Shown here in pieces: positions 33,240-43,311 of a stretch of 64,000 nucleotides of DNA. Origin of the DNA: an uncultured Gemmatimonadaceae bacterium (GTDB taxonomy: Bacteria; Gemmatimonadota; Gemmatimonadetes; Gemmatimonadales; Gemmatimonadaceae). The stretch lies in NCBI GenBank assembly GCA_963829055.1, contig CAWHHI010000004.1, positions 544,001 to 608,000 on the forward strand. Reading direction: 5' to 3'. The notes beneath the pieces are model-generated. The model was not told the origin of the DNA. It worked only from the letters and a program-made list of their open reading frames with translations, and searched no databases. Numbering within the stretch: position 1 is the first letter of the stretch; every line of letters begins with the position of its first letter. The translations under genes were made by a program, and so were the position numbers.

Positions 33240-36200
33240 ATGCCTACTCGAGCCGCCCTGATCGCGCTCGCCGCCGGCCTGTGCGCGACGCCGACCCCCG
33301 TCGCGTTTGCGCAGCAGCAGCAACCCGACAACTCGCGCGCCTTGCACTGGCGTCAGATCGGCCCGACGCGTGGCGGCCGCGCACGCGCGCTGTCCGGCGT
33401 GCCGAGCCAGCCGAACGTGTTCTACATCGGCTTCGACAACGGCGGCGTGTGGCGCTCCACGGACTACGGCTCGACGTGGGTACCGCTGTTCGACGATCAA
33501 CCCACGGGTTCGATCGGCGCTATCGCGGTTGCGCCGTCGGACCCGAACATCATCTACGTCGGGTCCGGCGCGGGGATCATCCGCCCCGACCTCGCGACCG
33601 GTGACGGCGTCTACAAGTCCACCGATGCCGGAAAGACGTGGACGCATCTCGGTCTTCGCGACACGCAGATGATCGCGATGATCGACGTCGATCCCCGCGA
33701 CCCCAACCGGCTGTTCGTCGCCGCGCTGGGCCACCCGTACGGACCTAACGCGGAGCGCGGCATCTTTCGATCGACCGACGGTGGTCAGTCGTTCCAGAAG
33801 GTGCTGTTCAAGGACGAGTACACGAGCGGCAACGACGTGCGCATCGATCCGTCGGATCCGAACACCGTCTACGCGACGCTGTGGCAGCAGCAGCAGAGCT
33901 TCATCGAGGGGCAGGGCTTCGGCGGGGCAGGGAACGGCATCTACAAGTCCACGGACGGCGGCACGAACTGGAAGCAATTGACGGACGGGCTGCCGAGCGT
34001 GATCCAGGCGAACATTGCGCTGGCGCCGAGCAATCCGCAGGACGCTGTATGCCACCGTCGCGGGGACGATGCCTAACGCTGGCGGCGGCCGACCGGCGAA
34101 CACGACCACCGGTGTCGTGGGCTTCTTCAAGTCGACCGATGCGGGCGAGCACTGGACGCTCGTCGTCGAACAGCGCGCCGGGTGCGGGTGGCGGCAAGGT
34201 CGATCCAGCGTCCGCTCGCGCGCATCGGTGGCGGCGATCTCCCGACGGTGACCGTCGATCCGAAGAACGAGAACGTCGTGTACACGGCGTCCACCGTCAT
34301 GTGGCGCACCGAGGACGGCGGTGCGAACTGGTCCGCCGTGCGTGGCGCACCTGGCGGCGACGACTACCAGAAGATCTGGATCAACCCTAACGATTCGAAG
34401 ATCATCCTCGTCGTCGCCGACCAGGGCGCGGTCGTCTCGGCGAATCGCGGCGCGTCGTGGAGCAACTGGTACACGCAGCCGACGGGCGCGATGTATCACG
34501 TCACGACGGACAACGCGTTCCCGTACCGCGTCTGCGGCGGCCAGCAGGATTCGGGCTCGGCGTGCGTGGACAGTCGCTCCATGGACGGCCAGATCACGTT
34601 CCACGACTGGCATCCGGTGAACATCCAGGAGTACGGCGTGGCCGCGCCGGACCCGAAGGACCCGGACATGGTGTTCGGCAGCGCGCGCACGAACGTGTCG
34701 CTCTACAACCGAAAGACCGGCCAGACGACGAACGTCGGCCCGACACCCGATCAGCGCGCGGGCGGATTCGGGCGCAACGTGCGAACGATGCCGATCGCCT
34801 GGTCGCCGGTGAATCCGAGCGTCCTGTTCTACACGTCGAACGCGGTCTGGAAGTCGACCGACCACGCGCACACGTGGACGCGCATCAGCCCCGATCTCAC
34901 GCGCCAGACGTGGGAGGTGCCCGCGACCGCAGGCAAGTACGCCAGCACCGTGACGCCGGCCCCGCTAGGCAGCCTGACGGCGATGGCGCTCTCGCCGCGA
35001 GAGCCTCAACGTGATCTGGACCGGCAGCGACGATGGCATGATCCAGGTGACGATGGACGGCGGTGCGAAGTGGACGAACGTGACGCCGCCGGCAATCAAG
35101 CCGTGGACGCGCATCTTCAACATCGACGCCGGTCACTTCGACAATCTCACCGCGTACGCCGCCGCGAACACGATGCGCATCGACGACATGAATCCGCACT
35201 TCTGGCGGACGCACGACGGCGGCAAGACGTGGACGGAGATCAATACCGGCATCGCGCCGGGCGGCGTCGCGAACTCGATTCGCGAAGATCCGCGCAAGAA
35301 GGGTCTGCTCTACGCCGCGACCGAGTTGCAGGTGTGGGTGTCGTACGACGATGGCGATCACTGGGAGTCGCTCAGCTACGACATGCCGGCCATCTCGGTG
35401 CGCGACATCCAGGTGAAGGACGACAGCACGTGCCTGTGCGCGGATCTCGTCGCCGGCACGCATGGCCGAGGCTTCTGGATCCTCGACAACCTCACGCCGC
35501 TGAGGCAGATGGCCGACGCGCGTGCGGCGCAATCCGCCGGCAATGCGTTCCTGTTCAAGCCGGCGACAGCCGTGCGCGTGCGATTCGGCACGAACGACCC
35601 GACGCCGTGGCCACCCGAGCTGCCGGCGGGTGAGAATCCGCTGCCCGGTGGCGATCATCGACTACAACCTCGCGAAGGACGCGTCGTCGCCCGTCACGCT
35701 GGACGTCGTCGACGCCGCGGGGAAAGTTGTGCGTCACTACTCGAGCGAGGATCGTGTTCGCGACCCGAACCCGGCGCTCAATCCGGCGGCGTACGACAAG
35801 CTGTGTCAGGCGACGCCCAGCGCGCCGGACTGCGCGTTGCCGTTGTACTGGCCCGCGGCGCCGATCCGGTTGTCGACGCGCGCTGGCTTCCATCGCTTCA
35901 CGTGGGATCTGCACTTCGACGCGATCGGTGAGGACCCCGACGCCGGCGGACGAAGGGCGCGCAGGGCGCCGTGCCGCATCACACGTACGACATGCCGTAT
36001 TCGCCCTGGGCTCCGCCGGGCACGTACACCGTCCGCCTAACGGTGGACGGCAAGCGATACACGCAGCCGATCACGCTCAAGCTGGATCCACGCGTGAAGA
36101 CGCCGGCGACGGCGCTCGCGCAGCTGAATGCGGTCACGCGCGAGACGTACGACGCGGCGGTGGCGGCGCACAACGCCTACGAACAGGCACGTGCGCTCGT

Positions 36201-36567
36201 GGCGCAACTCGACAAACAGTCGGGCGAGGACGTCGTGGCGTTCAAGGCGCAGGTGGAGGCGCTTGCCCCAGGCGGTGCGGCGGGTCGTCGCGGCCGAGGA
36301 TTTGGAGGTGGCGGACCCGGGGGCGGAGGTGCCCCGCCCCCGCCCACGCTCGAGAGTGTCAGCACGGCGATGATGGCGGCGGCTATGGCGATGCAGGGAG
36401 CGGACGTCGCGCCTACCGCGGGTCAGGTGGCGGTGGCGGCAAAGGCGCGTGCGGATGGGGCCGGCGTCATCCGGTCCTGGACGACGCTTCGGACGACCGG
36501 GTTGGCGGCTCTGAACGCGAAGCGGCGAGCGGCGGGGCAGCCGGCGATTGTCGTTCCGGGCGCCTAA
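33240..36567 (+). CDS. Secreted BNR/Asp-box (VPS10-like) beta-propeller glycosyl-hydrolase-like protein, frameshifted
   Basis: WRQIGPTRGGR, repeated S-T-D-x-G-x-T-W Asp boxes, GGQQDSG, AGTHGRGFWILD, APPGTYTVRLTVDG. Confidence 0.88.
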
Positions 36568-36591
36568 CGTACAGAGAAGCCGTTGTGGGAA

Positions 36592-36630
36592 AGGAAGTTA
36601 CGCCGCGCTGGGCCGGCGGCGTAACTTGCC
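36592..36630. terminator. Hairpin downstream of the BNR protein gene
   Basis: AAGTTACGCCGC...GCGGCGTAACTT 12-bp stem, no U tract. Confidence 0.5.
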
Positions 36631-36677
36631 GGGCGCGAGTCCGTAGGGCCAACACGACCAATTGTGGAGCTGAGACG

Positions 36678-36998
36678 ATGGAAGGCGATGTCTTGATGTT
36701 TGCGCAGGTCATGACGGTGATCCTGGCGTCGGTTGCCGCGCTCGTGGGGATAGGATTGACCGCTCGCGTGGTGTGGATGAAGGGGTCGCGTGTGAAGCCC
36801 GGCGCGGGGCCGCGCATAGACGATGGGCGGCTGGACCGCCTGGAGGCGGCGGTGGACGCGATCGCGATCGAGGTCGAGCGGATCTCGGAAGGGCAGCGGT
36901 TCACGGTCGGGTTGTTGACGGAACGGCTGCCTGCGCGTTCTCCGGATCGTCTTGGCGAGCTTGCGTCTCCCACGAAGCGGACGAACACGCCGCACTAG
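36678..36998 (+). CDS. Small membrane-anchored coiled-coil hypothetical protein
   Basis: GGAG RBS; TM segment followed by RLDRLEAAVDAIAIEVERISEGQRFT. Confidence 0.78.
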   Translation: MEGDVLMFAQVMTVILASVAALVGIGLTARVVWMKGSRVKPGAGPRIDDGRLDRLEAAVDAIAIEVERISEGQRFTVGLLTERLPARSPDRLGELASPTKRTNTPH

Positions 36999-37038
36999 AG
37001 CCGGAGGGCGAGCGGAGGGCGGAAGGCGGACGGCGGTT

Positions 37039-37195
37039 GTCATTCCGAGCGGAGCGCCGAAGGCGCGGGGGTGCCCACGAAGTGGGCCCATCGAGGAATC
37101 CTTGCTGTCTGGGTTGAGGGCCCTCTACCGGGCACAGTCTCGATTCCTCGACTTCGCTCGGAATGACAAGCCTTCGGTGCTCCGCTCGGAATGAC
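37039..37195. repeat. Palindromic REP/MITE-like element, copy D (duplicated right end)
   Basis: Same termini and GAGGAATC/GATTCCTC inner stem as copies A-C. Confidence 0.9.
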
Positions 37196-37198
37196 AGC

Positions 37199-38267
37199 CT
37201 AGTCGCCAGAGACCGCAGTCGAACCCGCCGGCGTAGTGGGCGTCGGCGGATGCCAGGGCGGCAACCAGCGACGCACGACCAGCCAGCCCACCAGCGCCAG
37301 CGCGCCTAACGGGATCGAGCACACCGAGGCTGGCGACGAACGCCGCCACCAGGCCGACGAAGTTGCGCCACGCCTGACGGAACGCCACCAGGATCGGCCC
37401 GTCGCCCGCCACCGGCACGATGATCGGCGCGTGCTCGTGCACCGCGATCGTCAGCGTGCTCATCGCGGCGCGCGTCTTGAGGAAGCGCAGCCGGCCCTCG
37501 TACCGCTCGATCTCCTCACGCACGCGAGCCAGCTCGTGTTCCACGGACAACACATCCTGAAGCTTGCCCGTGCGGTTCGCGAGCAGATCGATGATCCGCG
37601 CCTCGAGCCGATGCGCGTTCTCGACGCGAGCCGAGATGTCGACGAATTCCTCGCTCACGTCCTCCGCGTTCACGTTCACTGACTCGACCTTGCCAATGGG
37701 CGTGAGTCCGGCGAGCGCATCGTCGAAGCGCTCGGCGGGGATCTTCACCTCGAGCGACGCGGTTCTGGCCTGATCGCGGCCTCCCTGGATCGCGGTATTC
37801 GCGACGAAGCCACCGACGCGCCCCGCGACGAGGCGGACGCGCGCGATCGCGGCATCGAGCGAGTCGACCTCGATGCTGGCCGTGCCATTCCGGACGATCA
37901 TCGATGCGGCCGACGATGTCAGCGCAACCGCGGTTGCCGCAGGCATTCCCGGCTCTGCTGCCGTCGAGCCGTCCGCGGACAAGGGTCTCGCCGCGTCCAT
38001 CGATTTGCGCCCCGACGCGCTCGAGTACCCAGCGGAGCCAGCCATGATGCCGCGTCCGGCCTCGTTTTGCGGCGCCGGCGCCATGGCGGCCACTTCGAGT
38101 TTTTCCGTGACAGAGCTGGACAGCGCGCTCGGAGCGCGGTCACTGCAAGCGACGATGAGGCCGCCCGCCGTCAGGACGGCGACGACGAGAATGGCGGGGC
38201 CGGGACGACGCGCGGCGAATCGGAGGCGTGATGAGCGATGCCGGGGACGAGGCGATGACGGGCGCAT
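37199..38267 (-). CDS. DUF4349-type lipoprotein, frameshift near the C-terminus
   Basis: IVRNGTASIEV, AEDVSEEFVDISARVEN, LSVEHELARVREEIERYEGRLRFL, C-terminal TM. Confidence 0.85.
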
Positions 38268-38473
38268 GGGATGGGACGTATGGGGCCGGCCAGGTAATAC
38301 CGAATGACACCGAGTCGCAGGCCGCCGGATGCTGCTCGCGCTCGGAGCGCCGAACGGTCGTTCAGTCGCTCAGATGGGAGACGTCGCGACAGCCCGATTC
38401 ATGCACACATCACGGCGCCGTACATTCCAACCAGCCTCGTCCCCTCTCAAACTCGCTCAAACTCGAGCCTCGC

Positions 38474-40300
38474 ATGCTCCTGTCATTCCGTTTGCTTCCC
38501 GCGGCCGCCACGGCCGCGTTCATCCTTTTGCTGGCCCCCGGCGCTCGCCTCAGCGCACAGGCGGCGGTGCAGTCGGCGCCGATCAGTGCTGTACGCTACG
38601 AGGTCACGTTCGACCAGAGCACGGCGCCGACGCGCACGCTGCGAGTTGGCATGACGTTCGACGTGACGGGTCCTGGGCCGGTGCTCTTGTCGCTGCCGGC
38701 GTGGACGCCGGGCGCGTACGAGATCTCGAACTTCGCGCGCTGGGTATCCAACTTCTCCGCCACGTCAGGCGGCCGCCCACTCGGCTGGGACAAGCTGGAC
38801 TACGACACGTGGCGCGTCCGCGCCGATGGCGCAAAGAACGTCACCGTCACATTCGACTATCTCGCCGACTCGCTCGACAATGCGATCGCGTGGGCCAACG
38901 GGAACTTCGTGTTCTTCAACGGCACGAACGTCTTTCTCTATCCCGAGGGACGGCCCACCGATTTCGCGGCGACCGTCTCCGTGAAGACGGATCCATCGTG
39001 GCTCGTGACGACGGGCATGAAGCCCGCTGGCGCGCCACGCAGCTACTCGGCCACCAATTACCACGATCTCGTCGACATGCCGTTCTTCGTCGGCGTGTAC
39101 GATGTGGACAGCGCGCAGATCGCGAACAAGTGGGTGCGCATGGCGTCGTGGCCCAAGGGCGGCCTGAAGGGCGAGGACCGCACGACGTTCTGGGATCACC
39201 AGAAGAAAGTGCTGCCGGCGATGGGCACGGTGTTCAATGACATCCCGTTCGACACGTACACGACGTTCATCGTCTTCGATTCGACGTCAGGCGGCGGCAG
39301 CGCGCTCGAGCATCAGAACTCGCACCTTGGCATCTACACGCCGCTGCTCGCGCAGAGCGTGCTGTTTCCGTCCATCACGGCGCACGAGATGATTCACGCA
39401 TGGAACGTGAAGCGGCTGCGTCCCGCGGACATGGTGCCTTACAAGTACTCGCAGCCGCAGCCGACGACGTGGCTCTGGGTGAGCGAAGGGATCACGGACT
39501 ACTACTCGGACGTGGTGCTCACGCGCTCGGGCGTCGTGGACTCGACGGGGTTCATCATCCTCACGCAGGGTAAGGTCGAGGAGGTGAACGCGTCCCCGCC
39601 GGTGGCGCTGGAGGATGCGTCGCTGTCGACGTGGATCCATCCGACCGATGGTTCGGGCTACATCTACTACCAGAAGGGATCGCTCGCCGGATTCCTGCTC
39701 GACATCATGATCCGCGATGCGAGCGACAACAAGCGAAGCCTGGACGACGTGTTCCGCGAGCTCTATCAGTCGGCGTACAAGCAGAAGTGGACGGGCTTCA
39801 CTGGCGAGCAATGGTGGGGCGCGGTCAGCCGAGCGGCGGGCGGGAAGTCGTTCGATGACTTCAACGCGAAGTACATTGACGGTCGCGAGCCGATGCCGTT
39901 CGCATCGGTGCTGCCGCTCGGCGGCTTCCGCCTAACGGTGGATTCCATTCGCGAGCCGCGTCTCGGTGTGACCAGCGCGCCGGACTCGTCGGGCGTGCGC
40001 GTAGCGGAAGTGCAGGCGGGCAGCCCGGCGGAGGCGGCCGGAATCAAGCCGGGGGATCTCCTCCTGCAGGTCGGCGACATCCCGGTGCGCGACGCGTCGT
40101 TCGGCGAGCAGTTCCGCACTCGTTATGCAAAGGCCGAGGGGACGAACGTTCCGGTGAAGGTGCGGCGCGGAGATCAGACGGTCGACCTGCAGATCGCGGT
40201 GCGGATGGCGGTGCGTACGGAGCAGCGCCTGATGGTGGATCCGAATGCATCGCCGAAGGCGGTGCGCATCCGGAATGGGATTTTGAAGGGGACGACGTAG
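38474..40300 (+). CDS. M61 glycyl aminopeptidase family protein with PDZ domain
   Basis: LPAWTPGAY, ALEHQNS, AHEMIHAWNVKRLRP, LWVSEGITDYY, YYQKG, PDZ. Confidence 0.93.
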   Translation: MLLSFRLLPAAATAAFILLLAPGARLSAQAAVQSAPISAVRYEVTFDQSTAPTRTLRVGMTFDVTGPGPVLLSLPAWTPGAYEISNFARWVSNFSATSGGRPLGWDKLDYDTWRVRADGAKNVTVTFDYLADSLDNAIAWANGNFVFFNGTNVFLYPEGRPTDFAATVSVKTDPSWLVTTGMKPAGAPRSYSATNYHDLVDMPFFVGVYDVDSAQIANKWVRMASWPKGGLKGEDRTTFWDHQKKVLPAMGTVFNDIPFDTYTTFIVFDSTSGGGSALEHQNSHLGIYTPLLAQSVLFPSITAHEMIHAWNVKRLRPADMVPYKYSQPQPTTWLWVSEGITDYYSDVVLTRSGVVDSTGFIILTQGKVEEVNASPPVALEDASLSTWIHPTDGSGYIYYQKGSLAGFLLDIMIRDASDNKRSLDDVFRELYQSAYKQKWTGFTGEQWWGAVSRAAGGKSFDDFNAKYIDGREPMPFASVLPLGGFRLTVDSIREPRLGVTSAPDSSGVRVAEVQAGSPAEAAGIKPGDLLLQVGDIPVRDASFGEQFRTRYAKAEGTNVPVKVRRGDQTVDLQIAVRMAVRTEQRLMVDPNASPKAVRIRNGILKGTT

Positions 40301-40394
40301 GCCTTGGGAAGGAGGCCTTAGGAAGGAGGCGCGGACGGCGGAGGGCGGAAGCGGAGGGCGGCAAAAAGGCGTTGTCAGCCCGAGCGCAGCAGTC

Positions 40395-40493
40395 GTCATC
40401 CCGAGCGGCAGCGAGGGATCTCCTGTGAAGTACTCGTAGCCGGTCCAGCCACGATGACGTTCGAGAAGATCCCTCGCTGATGCTCGGGATGAC
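40395..40493. repeat. Palindromic element, variant copy E
   Basis: GTCATCCCGAGC...CGAGGGATCT...AGATCCCTCG...GCTCGGGATGAC, with compensatory changes relative to A-D. Confidence 0.82.
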
Positions 40494-40569
40494 ACGCCGT
40501 TTCTCCGCCCTCCCGTCCTTCCGCCGTCCTCCTCCTTCCCACGGCCTCCTGCCCCAGCCCCGGCCGGCC

Positions 40570-40643
40570 CTGACACGCCGCTGACACTCCGACGGGCGCC
40601 ACGCTACCGTGAGTTGCCGAGATCTCGACGGGCGATGTAAGGT
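40570..40643 (+). promoter_or_regulatory. CTGACAC direct repeat (11-bp period) + sigma70-like promoter, probably leaderless
   Basis: CTGACAC at 40570 and 40581; TTGCCG-N18-TAAGGT, then 6 nt to ATG 40650. Confidence 0.45.
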
Positions 40644-40649
40644 CTAGTC

Positions 40650-42425
40650 ATGTCAGACCCCCGGCTCCCGCGATCTCGTACCACATCGCTCGTCGCGATT
40701 CTCCTGCTCACCGTGGCCCTGGCCGCGTTTCTCGCCTACGAGGCGTGGGACGCCGGACGGTCGCACCGGGCCACCGCGAAGCGCGCCATCAACGACTACG
40801 CCAAGTTCGCCGCGTGGGAGTTCTCCGTCAGCGCGAAGGAAGTCCTCTACTCCACGTTGGCGTGGGCGTTCAGCCCTATCGGAATGCTCGACGCCCGCGA
40901 CCTCGATCGGCCGCTGCCGGGGCCGTCGATTCTCGATCACGAGAAATCCTCACACCTTCTTTGCGCGCGGGATTCGTCGCGCTACTTCTTCCGCCTCGAC
41001 CTGCGTGACGCGTCGTTCGTGACGAGCGGCGACGTGCCGGCCGCGTCCATGCGGAAGTGGATGCTCGACACGCTGCCGAAGAACGCGAAGACGTACAAGC
41101 CGGACTGGAGCTACGAGGTCGTGTCCGGGAGCGTGGACGGGCCATCCGCGCGCGATCGTCTACCAGCTCAAGCACGACCGGGCGGGCCACCCCGCCGTGG
41201 CCTACGGGTTCGAGCTGTGCTTCGCGCAGTTCGCGTCCATCGGCCTGCAGAAGGTCATGGCGTCCTACGCCATCCTGCCGCCGTCGCTCACGGGTGGCGT
41301 GCCTAACGACTCGGTGTCGAACGACTCGATCTTCTCGGTGAAGGTGTTCGACGGCGGCGGGCACCTCGTGTTCAAGTCGAACGTCCAGTACCCGGATACG
41401 TACACCGGGGCCTACAAGCTCGACTACTTCGGGGGGCTCAAGAGCGTCATCGCGCTTCGGCCGACGCTCGCGAAGACGCTGCTCATTGGCGAACTGCCGA
41501 GTGAGCGACTGCCACTCCTGCTTGGGGTGCTCGCGCTGAGTGTGGGTCTCGCCGCGATCGGCGTCATGCAGCTGCGGCGCGAGAGCGAGCTGGCGCGCCT
41601 TCGATCGGATTTCATCGCGAGTGTATCGCACGAGCTGCGCACGCCACTGGCGCAGGTTCGCATGTTCGCGGAAACGTTGCTCCTCGGTCGCGTACGGAGC
41701 GAGGAGGAGCGATTGCGATCGCTGCAGATCGTCGATCAGGAAGCGCGACGCCTGACGCATCTCGTCGAGAACATCCTCCAGTTCTCGCGCGCAGAGCGTC
41801 AGGCGATTCGACTATCGCCCGTGCCGGTCGAGCTGGGCGCGCAGGTGCGAGAGGCGGTCGAGGCGTTCGCGCCGGTGGCACGGGCGCGACACGTCGTGGT
41901 GGAGACGACGCTCGAGAGCGACGTGGTGTGCGTCGTGGATCCGGCCGCACTGCGGCAGATCCTGCTCAATCTCCTCGACAACGCGGTGAAGTTCGGTCCA
42001 CTGGGGCAGACGGTGGCGATCACGCTGCAGCGGAGCGGTGACAACGCGGTGATCATCGTGGATGATCAGGGACCGGGCGTCCCTCGTGAGCATCGCTCAC
42101 GTATCTGGGAGCCGTACCAGCGTCTCGAGAGCGCGGTGACCGCGGCGGTCGCCGGCAGCGGCATTGGCCTCGCGGTGGTGGCGCAGCTCGTCACGTTGCA
42201 CGGCGGTCGCGCGTGGACCGATGCAGCGCCCGGCGCCGGAGCCCGGTTTGTCGTTGAAATCCCGACTGGCGCCGGACGGGAACAGGGAACGGGGAACGGG
42301 GAACCGCGATGGCGCGACAGGGAACCGGCGGGACGACGACGTCAGCGCGGCAGCGCGCAGCCTCCGTTCCCGGTTCCCAGTTCCCGGTTCCCGAGCACCG
42401 ACTCTCCTCCAGGAAGTAGTGCGCA
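40650..42425 (+). CDS. Sensor histidine kinase 1, frameshifted; 3' end approximate
   Basis: Two TMs; SVSHELRTPL, NLLDNAVKF, DQGPG, GSGIGL. Confidence 0.9.
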
Positions 42426-43115
42426 ATGTCTCGCGTTCTCGTCGTCGAAGACAATGCCGATCTGGCTTTCGGTCTCCGCAACAATCTCGAGATCGAGGGC
42501 TACGAAGTCATCGTCGCCGACGATGGGCCGACCGGCCTAACGCGGGCGCGAGAGGGCATGCCCGACCTCGTCATCCTCGATCTCATGCTGCCCGGCATGG
42601 ACGGCTACCGCGTGCTGCGCGCGCTTCGCGCCGAGGGCTTCGAGCGGCCGGTGCTGATCCTCACGGCGCGCGGGGAGGAGGCGGACAAGGTCATCGGGTT
42701 CCGGAACGGCGCCGACGATTACGTGACGAAGCCGTTCGGCGTGCTGGAGCTGCTCGCACGCATCGAGGCGTTGCTGCGGCGCTCGACGGGCGCGGTGCGC
42801 GCGCAGGCATCAGCCGCGGCTGAGCGGTTCGGCGACGTCGAGGTCGATCGTTCGGCACGGACGGTGACGCGACAGGGAGTGCCTGTGTATCTCGCGCCGA
42901 TGGAGTTCGAGTTGCTGCTTGCGCTGCTGCAGCGTCGCGGAGCGGTCGCGACACGTCAGGAGCTCATGCGGGAAGTGTGGGGACACCGGGCTGTGGTCGT
43001 GAGTCGCACGGTCGATACGCACATCGCCGAGCTGCGGCGCAAGCTCGAGCATGATCCGGCGGAGCCGCGTCACATTCTGACCGTGCGAAAGGCTGGATAC
43101 CGACTGGAGCGCTGA
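42426..43115 (+). CDS. OmpR-family response regulator 1
   Basis: VLVVEDN, LDLMLPG, GADDYVTKPF, SRTVDTHIAELRRKLE. Confidence 0.95.
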   Translation: MSRVLVVEDNADLAFGLRNNLEIEGYEVIVADDGPTGLTRAREGMPDLVILDLMLPGMDGYRVLRALRAEGFERPVLILTARGEEADKVIGFRNGADDYVTKPFGVLELLARIEALLRRSTGAVRAQASAAAERFGDVEVDRSARTVTRQGVPVYLAPMEFELLLALLQRRGAVATRQELMREVWGHRAVVVSRTVDTHIAELRRKLEHDPAEPRHILTVRKAGYRLER

Positions 43116-43143
43116 CTGCGAGCAGCTGCACGCTGGGAACATC

Positions 43144-43170
43144 TGCCGACGGCTGCATGCTGCGGCCGCA
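43144..43170 (+). repeat. 27-bp intergenic repeat, copy 2
   Basis: Identical to 21888-21914. Confidence 0.8.
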
Positions 43171-43217
43171 GCTACCCGCTCTGCCAATACCGCCCGGTCA
43201 CCCATCGCGCTGAGCAA

Positions 43218-43297
43218 CACCCAGCGTCACCCAGCAACCAGCACGAGCCACCCAGCAACCAGCCGTTCCAGTCCCCAGTCCCCAGTCCCCAGTCCCC
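43218..43297. repeat. Heptamer tandem repeats (CCAGCAA-like and CCCCAGT)
   Basis: CCAGTCC units x4, preceded by CCAGCAA/CCAGCAC units. Confidence 0.75.
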
Positions 43298-43311
43298 GTC
43301 CTCGGCAGCCC

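Noticed and set aside
28974..34076. 1700-aa ORF that appears to fuse a STAND NTPase to a BNR propeller (an attractive NLR with a propeller sensor)
   Set aside because: Residues from about 32090 to 33240 are an out-of-frame read through the true C-terminus and repeat C. The BNR protein has its own signal peptide at 33240.
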